DNA of 64,000 nt. It comes from Bdellovibrionales bacterium Ga0074137. GTDB lineage: Bacteria; Bdellovibrionota; Bdellovibrionia; Bdellovibrionales; JAMPXM01. Numbering within the stretch: position 1 is the first letter of the stretch; every line of letters begins with the position of its first letter. Positions 28,619 through 36,931 of the stretch are shown in pieces. The translations under genes and the position numbers were made by a program. The stretch lies in assembly GCA_001464715.1 (NCBI GenBank), contig LNDT01000013.1:19823-83822 (forward strand). The letters are read 5' to 3'. Below the pieces are notes generated by a model. That model worked only from the letters and a program-made list of their open reading frames with translations, was not told the DNA's origin and did not search any database.

Positions 28619-30874
28619 CTATTTCAGACGATCCCACAAATATCGATATTCACGAGCCGCTAGCGCCGCTTTTGACTCGAGCGTTGCGGCCCCGGCGTGC
28701 CCACCTTCGATATTTTCATAGTAAAGAACTGGGAGACCCATTTCTTTCATACGAGCGACCATACGCCTTGCATGACCTGGGTGAACACGGTCATCGCGAG
28801 TCGACGTTGTAATGAATGGCTCAGGATACTTTACTCCGGGTTTCAAATTCTGAAACGGCGAATACTTCTCAAGAAAAGTTCGCTCCGCAGGAATTTCCGG
28901 ATCTCCGTACTCACCCACCCACGAGGCACCTGCGAGAAGTTTATGAAAACGAAGCATATCTAGAAGCGGAACTTGGCAAAGAATTGCGTTAAATAAATCA
29001 GGTCGCTGAGTCATGGCGACTCCGGCCAAAAGACCACCGTTTGAGCCCCCTCTGAAACCTAAATGTGCGCTCGACGTTAAACCACTTTGAATCACGTGTT
29101 CTGCGACGGCGTAGAGATCGTCGAACGCATTCTGACGTTTTTCTTTCAAAGCAGCACGGTGCCACTTCGGTCCAAATTCGCCGCCGCCACGAATGTTCGC
29201 AACGACAAAAGCTCCGCCGCGCTCAAGCCACACTTTTCCTTGGGCTCCAAGGTAGTAAGGAACCGAGGGAATTTCAAAACCTCCGTATGCATTGATCACG
29301 GTCGGCGTCTTGCCTGACTTTCGATTTACACCTTTTGGAAGAACAAGAAAGTAAGGCACTTTCGTTCCGTCTTTACTAACAGCGTAGTGCGTTTCTACTT
29401 TCATCCCTAAAGCATTGAAACGTTTGGGACTTGATCGAAGAACTGAAAGGGTTCCCGATGCATCACCTAAATACATTTCATACGGCGTCAAAAAGTCCGA
29501 AAAGAACACTGTGAAATTGGTTTCATCGGAACTCGAAAATCCCATCGAGACGGAACCATTTCGGCTGGGGAGCTTCACGGGCTTCAATTTCCACTGGCCA
29601 ATATCAGCTTTGTTTTTTGGAGGAACTCTTTCAAGAAATGCCAACCGACCTCGGACATTGTCGAGATAAGAAATCAAAGCCCGTTCTTTTGTCGTCGAAA
29701 TTCCAGAAAATGTTTGCGTCGCTGAAGGTTCAAATACGGATTCAACCGCAATCGCCGCCGATGGATCTTTTTTCCAAATTTCAACATCGAAGGCGTAGGC
29801 TATTCCCGACTTTAAGGAATTCCCAAAAACCGTCGCGTCCTTTTTGATCGTGAAAAGCAGGAGGCCGTTCGACAGACCGACAATTTCACTTGTCAGCGGA
29901 AGTGGGATCTTCTCCCAGCTGTCATCATCTCTACGAACGTAATGCTCTCCCTCGTTGGAAGTAAGGTACCGAGATACCAAATCCACCTTCTGATCCACGG
30001 TCACCCCGTCTCGAACGTAAGTCGATCGAAGTGTGTCCGCCCAGACTCCGACGTCCGTGACCTCACCCTTAAAAATCACAGGAGTGCTCGCGAGATCCGT
30101 TCCCCGCTTCCAGAGCTTCAAAGTCATCGGATATCCGGCCTCCGTCACTGTGCCGGGTCCTGCGGGAGCGCCGACCCACAAAGTGTCATCATCGCGCCAA
30201 TCGATATTCATTTTGGCTTCAGGTAAAAAGATTCCGCCTTTGACGAAGTCTTTCGCCGCTAAGTCGAACTCGCGAACGACGATGGCATCGCCTCCTCCGC
30301 GTGAAAGATAAAGAAGGCAGCGATCCTGAATGTTCGGAGCACACTCAATACCTTTATAAACCCAAGACTCTTTTTCAGCTTTTGCAATCGCGTCGAGATC
30401 GAAAATCGTCTCCCAGACGTCGGAACCCATTTTAAATTCGGTCAGCGATTGGCTGCGATAAATTCCTTTTTGATTCTTTTCATCTTGCCAAAAATTGAAG
30501 ACGACCGCGGCTTTGCCTGAACCCCTCACTGAAATCGAAGGAATACGATCTTTGGCTTGGATAATCGTAAGTACGTCGGACTTGATATCGCGAAAAAGCT
30601 GATCTTGTCCAAGCCGAGCCTCCGACTCTTTATTTCTCGCCTCGACCCACTTCAATGCATCGACACCGTAAATATCCTCAAGCTCCAAAAAAGAATCCAA
30701 GCCCGCCACTCCCCCTGCATTACTTTTACCATCTCGACCATCCAGGCTTTCTCGCCCTTGACCCACGGTCACGCTGGGACCCGACTGGCATGATGCAAAA
30801 ACCACCAACGACACGCCGATTGAAAGTACGACGGTCGCCATCCTCTGACTCCAGAAACTAAACTGAGTTTTCAT
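28619..30874 (-). CDS. prolyl oligopeptidase family (S9A) serine peptidase, probable lipoprotein
   Basis: ATG 30874 gives MKTQFSFWSQRMATVVLSIGVSLVVFASC (lipobox). It has a beta-propeller N-terminal half and the catalytic GGSNGGLL. The track ORF extends to 30958. Confidence 0.8.
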   Translation of the reverse strand: MKTQFSFWSQRMATVVLSIGVSLVVFASCQSGPSVTVGQGRESLDGRDGKSNAGGVAGLDSFLELEDIYGVDALKWVEARNKESEARLGQDQLFRDIKSDVLTIIQAKDRIPSISVRGSGKAAVVFNFWQDEKNQKGIYRSQSLTEFKMGSDVWETIFDLDAIAKAEKESWVYKGIECAPNIQDRCLLYLSRGGGDAIVVREFDLAAKDFVKGGIFLPEAKMNIDWRDDDTLWVGAPAGPGTVTEAGYPMTLKLWKRGTDLASTPVIFKGEVTDVGVWADTLRSTYVRDGVTVDQKVDLVSRYLTSNEGEHYVRRDDDSWEKIPLPLTSEIVGLSNGLLLFTIKKDATVFGNSLKSGIAYAFDVEIWKKDPSAAIAVESVFEPSATQTFSGISTTKERALISYLDNVRGRLAFLERVPPKNKADIGQWKLKPVKLPSRNGSVSMGFSSSDETNFTVFFSDFLTPYEMYLGDASGTLSVLRSSPKRFNALGMKVETHYAVSKDGTKVPYFLVLPKGVNRKSGKTPTVINAYGGFEIPSVPYYLGAQGKVWLERGGAFVVANIRGGGEFGPKWHRAALKEKRQNAFDDLYAVAEHVIQSGLTSSAHLGFRGGSNGGLLAGVAMTQRPDLFNAILCQVPLLDMLRFHKLLAGASWVGEYGDPEIPAERTFLEKYSPFQNLKPGVKYPEPFITTSTRDDRVHPGHARRMVARMKEMGLPVLYYENIEGGHAGAATLESKAALAAREYRYLWDRLK
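29992..30004 (-). repeat. near copy of the 13-mer, 12/13 (GATCCACGGTCAC on + strand)
   Basis: Inside the S9 peptidase gene, same frame as the exact sense copies: V-T-V-D (RDGVTVDQKV). Confidence 0.8.
30760..30772 (-). repeat. 13-mer copy (plus strand reads GACCCACGGTCAC)
   Basis: Exact, in the S9 peptidase gene just after the lipobox Cys. It reads V-T-V-G (CQSGPSVTVGQGR). Confidence 0.95.
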
Positions 30875-30996
30875 AGGCTCCAGGCTCGGAGCGATTTCAC
30901 GATCCGTCAAGTGCCAAGCACTCGGATCATCGCCAAAGAATTCCCCTTGAAGTCTCAAGCTTACTAACGAATCCTATCGACGTAGGAGAGCCCACG

Positions 30997-32517
30997 ATGG
31001 AGCAAAATTCAAAGCCCGTAAAAGAACGAAAGCCAACAAAGTCGTTCGACTTAAAGCCTGGGGATCATATCCATTTCATGGGAATCTGCGGCACCGCAAT
31101 GGCTTCTCTGGCCGGCCTTCTTCACTCGCAAGGATATAAAATCACGGGATCTGACCAAAACGTTTATCCTCCGATGTCGACTCAACTTGAGTCTTTGGGA
31201 ATTAAGATTCTTTCTGGCTACAAACGCGAAAACCTGACACGAAATCCCGTAGGGACTCCGAACCTTGTTATCGTCGGAAACGTTATTTCTAGAAACTTCG
31301 AGGAAGCAGAAGCACTTCTCGAGAGCGATATTCCCTTCACAAGTCTTCCCCAGGCGATGGGTCAGATTGTCATCGGTCGTCGCCACTCGGTGGTCGTCGC
31401 CGGAACTCACGGCAAGACTACGACCACGGCGCTAAATTCGTATGTGGCCGAATCCCTAGGGCTCCATCCTGGATTCATGGTCGGTGGAATTCCAAAAAAC
31501 TTTGGGCAAAGTTACCGATTTGGTTCGGGCGATTGGTTCATTATCGAGGGCGACGAATACGATACGGCCTTCTTCGATAAGGTCCCAAAATTCATTCACT
31601 ATCGGCCGCGATCAGTGATTCTAAATTCGGTTGAATTTGACCACGCGGATATCTATAGGGATCTCGATCACGTTAAAGAAGCTTTTCTTATGTTGATCGA
31701 TCTGATTCCTGAGGGTGGACTTCTCATAGCTTGCGAGGATGAAGAGACAATCCGCGATCTTTTATCTCGTCGAAAAGAAAGTTTAGCGAAAAGAAATGTC
31801 AAAGTTGTAACTTTTGGTCTCACGCGCGGTGATCATCGAGCTGAGAATTTGGAAGCCGTTCCTGTCAAAGGGCTCGGTTCAAAAGAACAAGCTTTGCGCC
31901 TTGGAACACGTTTTTCCTACCGCGGTCAGAAAATCGACATCCCGATGATCGGCTCTTACAACGTAAAGAACGCTCTAGCGACGATAGCGCTATGGACGGA
32001 ACTGGGGCACCCAGCGTCCGAGATTGCTCCACGCCTTCTTGGCTTTGAAGGTGTAAAACGCCGTCAAGAAGTTCTGGGAACTCCCGGTGGCGTCACGGTG
32101 ATCGAGGATTTCGCGCACCACCCGACGGCCGTTCGAGAAACGATCCGCACTGTTCAAATGCAGTATCCGAAGTCCCACGTTTTTTCGATTTTTGAAGCGC
32201 GCTCGGCGACATCGCGCCGAAATGTTTTTCAAGACGAGTACGCAGCAGCTTTCATCGATGCAGGAACTCAAAGTCTTTTGCTGCCTCCACCCTTTAATCT
32301 TGCCGGCTTAAAAGAGGCCGATCGTTTTTCAACCGACGTACTCTTAAAACGACTGCATGATTCCAAAGTCGACGCGGTTCTTTTTGATGGAGTTGATTCC
32401 ATCGTAAAAAATGTCATCTCCCGTGCAAAACCCGGAGATGTCGTTCTCGTCATGTCCAATGGTGGCTTTGACGGAATCTATCAGAAGCTTCTGTCGAGCT
32501 TAGAAAGTGTTCGCTAA
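30997..32517 (+). CDS. mpl: UDP-N-acetylmuramate:L-alanyl-gamma-D-glutamyl-meso-DAP ligase (murein peptide ligase)
   Basis: 506 aa; HFMGICGTAMASLAGLL is the Mpl-type N-terminus. It has the Mur ligase central domain (GTHGKTTTT) and ends MSNGGFDGIYQKLL. Confidence 0.75.
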   Translation: MEQNSKPVKERKPTKSFDLKPGDHIHFMGICGTAMASLAGLLHSQGYKITGSDQNVYPPMSTQLESLGIKILSGYKRENLTRNPVGTPNLVIVGNVISRNFEEAEALLESDIPFTSLPQAMGQIVIGRRHSVVVAGTHGKTTTTALNSYVAESLGLHPGFMVGGIPKNFGQSYRFGSGDWFIIEGDEYDTAFFDKVPKFIHYRPRSVILNSVEFDHADIYRDLDHVKEAFLMLIDLIPEGGLLIACEDEETIRDLLSRRKESLAKRNVKVVTFGLTRGDHRAENLEAVPVKGLGSKEQALRLGTRFSYRGQKIDIPMIGSYNVKNALATIALWTELGHPASEIAPRLLGFEGVKRRQEVLGTPGGVTVIEDFAHHPTAVRETIRTVQMQYPKSHVFSIFEARSATSRRNVFQDEYAAAFIDAGTQSLLLPPPFNLAGLKEADRFSTDVLLKRLHDSKVDAVLFDGVDSIVKNVISRAKPGDVVLVMSNGGFDGIYQKLLSSLESVR

Positions 32518-33121
32518 AAAGTTCGACAACACGGCGCCAACTTTTTCCTTTTTGAAGAAGCTTACGGGACGGAACAAATCCTTGAGCTTCTAGCTGGTTC
32601 AAAGTGACGTAGTCTCTTACGGTTCTAAAGTGCCTTCCCCAATAAACACGCTTCGAGTAGGGACGTGCATCCCAAAATCCACGCTCCACTACGGCATCTC
32701 GGCCAGTATTCCCTCCCTTCCCTCCCTTCCCTCCCTTAACCCCCTTCCCTCGACCCACGGTCACCTTCCTTTGATCGGCGATTCTTCGGAATCCGACAGC
32801 TCTTGCGATCCCACCAGCGAGGCCCGAAATAAACCCCTTCCACTTGAGTGGCCGAGTCACTCTCAAATGAATGTGAATGTGGTTCCCAACATTGGCGAAC
32901 TTATAGATCGTAACTCCGTGACGTTCCGACATCCCGCGAATGAGCCGTTGAATCTTTGCTTCGTTCTTTAGAAGACTCATTCGGCCTCGCGCGAGCGAAC
33001 TACGCATCACCACGTGCATAGATTGGTACGACACCACGGGACGCCGTACTCGAACACTTCGGGTCGTTCGCTTTCCGGGATTAAAAACTTCAGGAGTAAG
33101 TTGGCGTTTGATTTTTTTCAT
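32450..33121 (-). CDS. HUH / Y1 tyrosine transposase-like protein (IS200/IS605 TnpA superfamily, RAYT-like), single copy
   Basis: It has HVVMRSS...IYKFANVGNHIHIHLRV (HUH motif) and RGFWDARPYSKRVY...RTVRDYVTLNQ (catalytic-Tyr Yxxx(N)(Q/P) block). A low-complexity insert lies between the two motifs and carries one 13-mer copy and a KGG x3 repeat. I saw no tnpB and no IS ends. The 3' end overlaps mpl convergently by 68 bp. The track ORF start is 33139; ATG 33121 (MKKIKRQL) is preferred. Confidence 0.6.
   Translation of the reverse strand: MKKIKRQLTPEVFNPGKRTTRSVRVRRPVVSYQSMHVVMRSSLARGRMSLLKNEAKIQRLIRGMSERHGVTIYKFANVGNHIHIHLRVTRPLKWKGFISGLAGGIARAVGFRRIADQRKVTVGRGKGVKGGKGGKGGNTGRDAVVERGFWDARPYSKRVYWGRHFRTVRDYVTLNQLEAQGFVPSRKLLQKGKSWRRVVELFSEHFLSSTEASDRFRQSHHWT
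32711..32737 (-). repeat. perfect 9-bp tandem repeat x3 (CCCTCCCTT on + strand) inside the Y1 gene
   Basis: Copies at 32711-32719, 32720-32728 and 32729-32737 are identical. They encode KGG-KGG-KGG and lie 14 nt from the 13-mer copy at 32752. Confidence 0.95.
32752..32764 (-). repeat. 13-mer copy (plus strand reads GACCCACGGTCAC)
   Basis: Exact, inside the Y1 transposase-like gene. It reads V-T-V-G (QRKVTVGRGKG). Confidence 0.95.
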
Positions 33122-33238
33122 GAGCCACACGCTCAGCAAATTCGAAACTGCGGTCCTTAGAAACGTAGCGAATCCTCACCAAAATCCGGGATCCTTAAGT
33201 CCGATTTACGAACCCTGTTGTTGGTCCGAGTCGCAGCC

Positions 33239-33251
33239 GTGACCGTGGGTC
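33239..33251 (+). repeat. 13-mer copy GTGACCGTGGGTC, array member 1
   Basis: Exact and intergenic, upstream of the Y1 gene start. Confidence 0.95.
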
Positions 33252-33271
33252 AGAAGATGGCTAGGTGTCGT

Positions 33272-33284
33272 GTGACCGTGGGTC
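33272..33284 (+). repeat. 13-mer copy GTGACCGTGGGTC, array member 2
   Basis: Exact and intergenic, 33 bp after member 1. Confidence 0.95.
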
Positions 33285-33296
33285 AAAGTTGAAGTG

Positions 33297-33309
33297 GTGA
33301 CCGTGGGTC
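33297..33309 (+). repeat. 13-mer copy GTGACCGTGGGTC, array member 3 (extends to palindrome GTGACCGTGGGTCAC)
   Basis: Exact, 25 bp after member 2. The next two bases (AC) complete 6-bp arms around a GTG centre. It overlaps the TGA stop (33308-33310) of the hydrolase gene. Confidence 0.95.
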
Positions 33310-34495
33310 ACTGGAGGGCGGTTTTTACTAAGGTGTGCAGGGCTGGTCGGAGCTGGAGGAAGCGTGTGTTCTTTCGAGTTGGGTGGACTCGATTCGATAA
33401 AATAGTGACCAATAAGTCGGATTTTGGATCGTACCACAGCGATGTTCCGGTAAAACCTGTGTGACCGATACTCGAAAGTGAAAACTTCGGTCCACACGAT
33501 GCGCTCCCTTTCGTTGGCATCATAAAACCCAAGGCCCAGTCGCCTTTTGACCTTGAAACGGCGCGGTCCAAAAATTTTCGTCCCGATAATGGCAATTTTG
33601 ATTTCATCCCGAGGTGAAGTTTTCTCAACTCAAGTCCGTAACGGCTCAAATCTCCGATGGGGCCGAAAAGACCAGCATGAGGCGCTATCCCCTTTAGACT
33701 CGACGTATTCTCATCGTGCACTTCACTTTTTAGACCCCGCTTACGCCACGTCGAATCGAATTCGGTGGGCGCAGTTTCCGAAACGCGGTCCTTATTCCAG
33801 ATGAGACCGGGCCGAGCAGCTCCGTCTCGCTTCAAATCATTTTTTGAAAGTGCATTATAGAAAGTAGATTTAAGACCAAGTCGCTCCTGAATTCTGGCGT
33901 ACTGCTCTGGAAATCCCATGAGACTTGAGCGTCTCAAAATTTCGCCGAGTAAAAAGAAATCCAAATCCGAATAGATCGCAGAACCTCGCTGCGCCTTCGA
34001 GATTTCTCCACTCCTCGCCCGTTTCCTCACGTCCCGAACGACCAAATCAAAGAGCAGCGTCCACGCCTCTTCATGAGTTCCAGGAGATTTTAAAGATACC
34101 TGCTTGTAAAATGGCTTCCACCACGTCATTCCCGCCGAGTGGCAGAGAAGGTCTCTGATCGTCAATCGGCCAAGCGGTGACCGTGGGTCCATGAGAGAGG
34201 GGGATGGGAGGAGTTCAGGGAGCCAGTTAACGACGGGGTCTTTTAAGGAGAGGTGACCTTCGTCGACTTCGATCATGGTGCTTGAGACTGACATCACGAT
34301 TTTTGTCAGCGAGGCCCAATCATAGATCTCCGACGTTTCACCGCAAGCGACGTCGATTCGAAGTTTTCCGCTCTCCCACGCCTGCAGTCGAAATCCCGGG
34401 GCTGCATCTTGCCACTGTGATCCATCTTTTGGATGAGTCCAATTGTCCAAAAGATTCAGAAACGACTTTTCGACCGGTCGAGCTCGACGTGACAT
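33308..34495 (-). CDS. beta-lactamase-family serine hydrolase (AmpH / DD-peptidase-like)
   Basis: 395 aa with the S-x-x-K motif (DWASLTKIV) and a class C / PBP4*-like fold. Its start overlaps the ldcA stop. Confidence 0.7.
   Translation of the reverse strand: MSRRARPVEKSFLNLLDNWTHPKDGSQWQDAAPGFRLQAWESGKLRIDVACGETSEIYDWASLTKIVMSVSSTMIEVDEGHLSLKDPVVNWLPELLPSPSLMDPRSPLGRLTIRDLLCHSAGMTWWKPFYKQVSLKSPGTHEEAWTLLFDLVVRDVRKRARSGEISKAQRGSAIYSDLDFFLLGEILRRSSLMGFPEQYARIQERLGLKSTFYNALSKNDLKRDGAARPGLIWNKDRVSETAPTEFDSTWRKRGLKSEVHDENTSSLKGIAPHAGLFGPIGDLSRYGLELRKLHLGMKSKLPLSGRKFLDRAVSRSKGDWALGFMMPTKGSASCGPKFSLSSIGHTGFTGTSLWYDPKSDLLVTILSNRVHPTRKNTRFLQLRPALHTLVKTALQ
34177..34189 (+). repeat. 13-mer copy GTGACCGTGGGTC
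   Basis: Exact, inside the AmpH-like hydrolase gene. The coding strand reads GAC CCA CGG TCA C = D-P-R-S (LMDPRSPLG). Confidence 0.95.
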
Positions 34496-35511
34496 TAGCG
34501 CACCGACTTCAGAGAAATTTCTTTTGGAAAAGAGACCGCTGTTTCTATTTCAATGGAGCTTGACCGAAGATCAATAACCGCTTCGGTGCCGATCGGAAAA
34601 ACGCGCTGACTGACACCGTGACCGCTGGCGATACCGCTCAAAACGGTAACGCCATTTTTCTGCGCCCAATCTTGAGCAAATCTTTCGATCACTGCGGAAA
34701 CTTTCGAGGACCCATCGGGCTCAAGCCCACCCAGAAATTCTCCAAAGACAATAGCCTTCGTTCGCCGCGACAAAACACCACTTTGAACAAGTTGTTCAAG
34801 CACGCGATCCACCCGGTAGCCACGCTCACCAAGCTCTTCAAAAAACACAATCTGACCCACGGTCACAGGATGAAGTGCCGTTCCAATCGCCGACGCGAAG
34901 GTCACCAAATTCCCACCCATCGTTCGCCCACGAAGGCGTTTCTCTTTCGGCACTCGAACTTTATTGAGCGATCTCAAACCCTCGTACAAAACTGTCGAAG
35001 TCTCACCGAATACAATTCGTCTCAGCTCTTCAACCTGAGCGTCGATAGGACGCGGCTTCAGATCACTCACAAGATTTGAATCGATACACCGACCGAGTCG
35101 GTCAAGAAGCGGCGCCTGAAGGCTTGGCCATTTCCAGGTTTGTGAAAGCCAAAGCTGGATGGTTGTCACATCACTAAAGCCCAATAGAATTTTTGAGTGC
35201 TTTGGTCTTTTCAATTTCATGAGCTGAGGCACAAGCCGAATAGATCCATAGCCGCCGCGAAGGCACCAGATCGCTTTTGAATCCTTCGCCAAAAGCGCAT
35301 TGGCCAAATGCTTCAGTCTTTTCTCATCGACATGACTTGCGATGACGTCCGCTCCAAAAAGATCTTTCGGAAGTCTCGCCTTAAGCCCCCAAGATTCAAG
35401 AAACTGAACCCCGGCTTCGACTTCAGCATCCGTCGGACGAAATCCGGGCGCAATCACATCGACAATATCGCCAGCTTTTAGAGCCGACCAACTTGCGTAT
35501 TTAGAGACCAC
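34495..35511 (-). CDS. ldcA: muramoyltetrapeptide LD-carboxypeptidase (peptidase S66)
   Basis: 338 aa with GDIVDVIAPG, the Ser nucleophile in GFSDVTT, FFEELGERGYRVDRVLEQL and the His in ASGHG. Confidence 0.75.
   Translation of the reverse strand: MVSKYASWSALKAGDIVDVIAPGFRPTDAEVEAGVQFLESWGLKARLPKDLFGADVIASHVDEKRLKHLANALLAKDSKAIWCLRGGYGSIRLVPQLMKLKRPKHSKILLGFSDVTTIQLWLSQTWKWPSLQAPLLDRLGRCIDSNLVSDLKPRPIDAQVEELRRIVFGETSTVLYEGLRSLNKVRVPKEKRLRGRTMGGNLVTFASAIGTALHPVTVGQIVFFEELGERGYRVDRVLEQLVQSGVLSRRTKAIVFGEFLGGLEPDGSSKVSAVIERFAQDWAQKNGVTVLSGIASGHGVSQRVFPIGTEAVIDLRSSSIEIETAVSFPKEISLKSVR
34854..34866 (-). repeat. 13-mer copy (plus strand reads GACCCACGGTCAC)
   Basis: Exact, inside ldcA. It reads V-T-V-G (LHPVTVGQIVFF). 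It is the only copy right of 33.2 kb in this orientation. Confidence 0.95.
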
Positions 35512-36931
35512 GGATATTTCCTTTCGGGATCAGATCGAGGCCGTGAAGTGACGTCGGATACTTTCCATCAAAGCAGGCAGCACAGAATCCACCATTTTCG
35601 CCGCGAACCGCCGTCATCAATCCCTCCATGCTCAAATACCTAAGCGTGTCGGCACCAACAAAAGCGCAGATTTCATTGACCGTCTGGCGGCTTGCGATCA
35701 GCTGTGATTTCTCAGGAGTGTCGACACCGTAATAACAAGGCCCTACTGTGGGAGGCGCTGCGATTCGAAGATGAACTTCTTTTGCGCCTGCGGCGCGCAC
35801 AAGTGAAATTATCTTTTTCGAAGTTGTTCCGCGGACAAGAGAGTCATCAAGAACGACAACTTTTTTTCCTTTCAACACAGCCTGCTGCGGGTTGAGCTTA
35901 ATCTTGACGCCAAAGTCGCGAATCGCTTGATGAGGTTGGATAAAGGTGCGGCCGATGTAGTGATTTCGAATAATTCCAAGCTCAAAGGGCTTTCCGCTTT
36001 CAACACTGTAGCCTAAGGCCGATGGAACGCCGCTATCTGGAACTGGAATGACGACATCAAAATCAATCGGAGCAGCTTCGCTGGCATCCTGGCGAGCTAA
36101 AAGCTGTCCCGCACGTTTACGAACTTCATAAACGCTCTCGCCAAATATAATTGAATCCGGGCGCGCGAAATAAACGTGTTCAAAGACGCAGGCCTTTCTT
36201 GGCTGAGGCGTGCCAAATTTGACCGAGTGTTCTCCTGTATCGTCGACCCACCAGATTTCTCCCGGCTCAATTTCGCGAACAAACTTAGCCCCGATCAGAT
36301 CAAACGCGCACGTTTCGCTGGCGACGACATAGGAATCAGCTCCGCCGGGATCTTTTAAACGCCCCAAAACCAACGGACGAAAACCCATCGGGTCCCGAGC
36401 GGCGATCATCGAGCGATGAGAAAGAACGGTGAAACTAAATGCACCTTCAAGCTGACTGAGCCCGGACTTCAAACATTCGATCAGATCCGATGAAGGATAC
36501 TTTGCGATCATGTGCAAAATGACTTCGGTATCATTGGTGCCTTGAAAAATCGAACCTTCGGCCTTCAACTTTTCCCTTAGAGGACCGGCATTGACGATAT
36601 TCCCGTTGTGAGCAACAGCGACAGGACCATTAGAAAGATTCGCCTGAAGAGGTTGAAAGTTGGCCATTTGATTCATGCCGGTCGTCGCATAGCGAACGTG
36701 ACCGATCGCGGCCCGTCCGGTGAGGCTATCGAGCGTCTGATCACTGAAGACTTCAGACACAAGACCAGGCCCCTTGTGAAGTCGCTGACTGGCTTCATCA
36801 AGAGTCACAATCCCTGCGGACTCTTGTCCTCGGTGCTGAATGGCATAGAGAGACAAGTAGGCCAAGCGACTGGCGTGTTGATGATTCCAAATTCCAATGA
36901 CTCCGCACTCGTCTTTAAAACTCTTCATCAA
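35501..36931 (-). CDS. purF: amidophosphoribosyltransferase
   Basis: 476 aa with the N-terminal CGVIGIW Ntn-amidotransferase motif and a PRTase domain ([13 protein letters not shown]). Confidence 0.9.
   Translation of the reverse strand: MMKSFKDECGVIGIWNHQHASRLAYLSLYAIQHRGQESAGIVTLDEASQRLHKGPGLVSEVFSDQTLDSLTGRAAIGHVRYATTGMNQMANFQPLQANLSNGPVAVAHNGNIVNAGPLREKLKAEGSIFQGTNDTEVILHMIAKYPSSDLIECLKSGLSQLEGAFSFTVLSHRSMIAARDPMGFRPLVLGRLKDPGGADSYVVASETCAFDLIGAKFVREIEPGEIWWVDDTGEHSVKFGTPQPRKACVFEHVYFARPDSIIFGESVYEVRKRAGQLLARQDASEAAPIDFDVVIPVPDSGVPSALGYSVESGKPFELGIIRNHYIGRTFIQPHQAIRDFGVKIKLNPQQAVLKGKKVVVLDDSLVRGTTSKKIISLVRAAGAKEVHLRIAAPPTVGPCYYGVDTPEKSQLIASRQTVNEICAFVGADTLRYLSMEGLMTAVRGENGGFCAACFDGKYPTSLHGLDLIPKGNIRGL

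Noticed and set aside
33140-33238. A possible dif/XerCD site or Tus/RTP-type terminator at the point where 13-mer polarity flips. The word also resembles matS (GTGACRNYGTCAC).
   Set aside because: There are no XerC/XerD arm-like sequences (no ...ATAA-6 nt-TTATG...). The dominant coding strand does not switch here. The arms of the word are spaced differently from matS, and MatP is restricted to enterobacteria and vibrios. I keep this only as an alternative in the polarity finding.
34177-34866. The inverted pair of 13-mers (34177 and 34854) flanking the ldcA/hydrolase gene junction as a possible invertible switch.
   Set aside because: Inversion would place antisense sequence into both genes and create no alternative ORF or promoter arrangement that I can see. 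I record it only as the single exception to the polarity rule.
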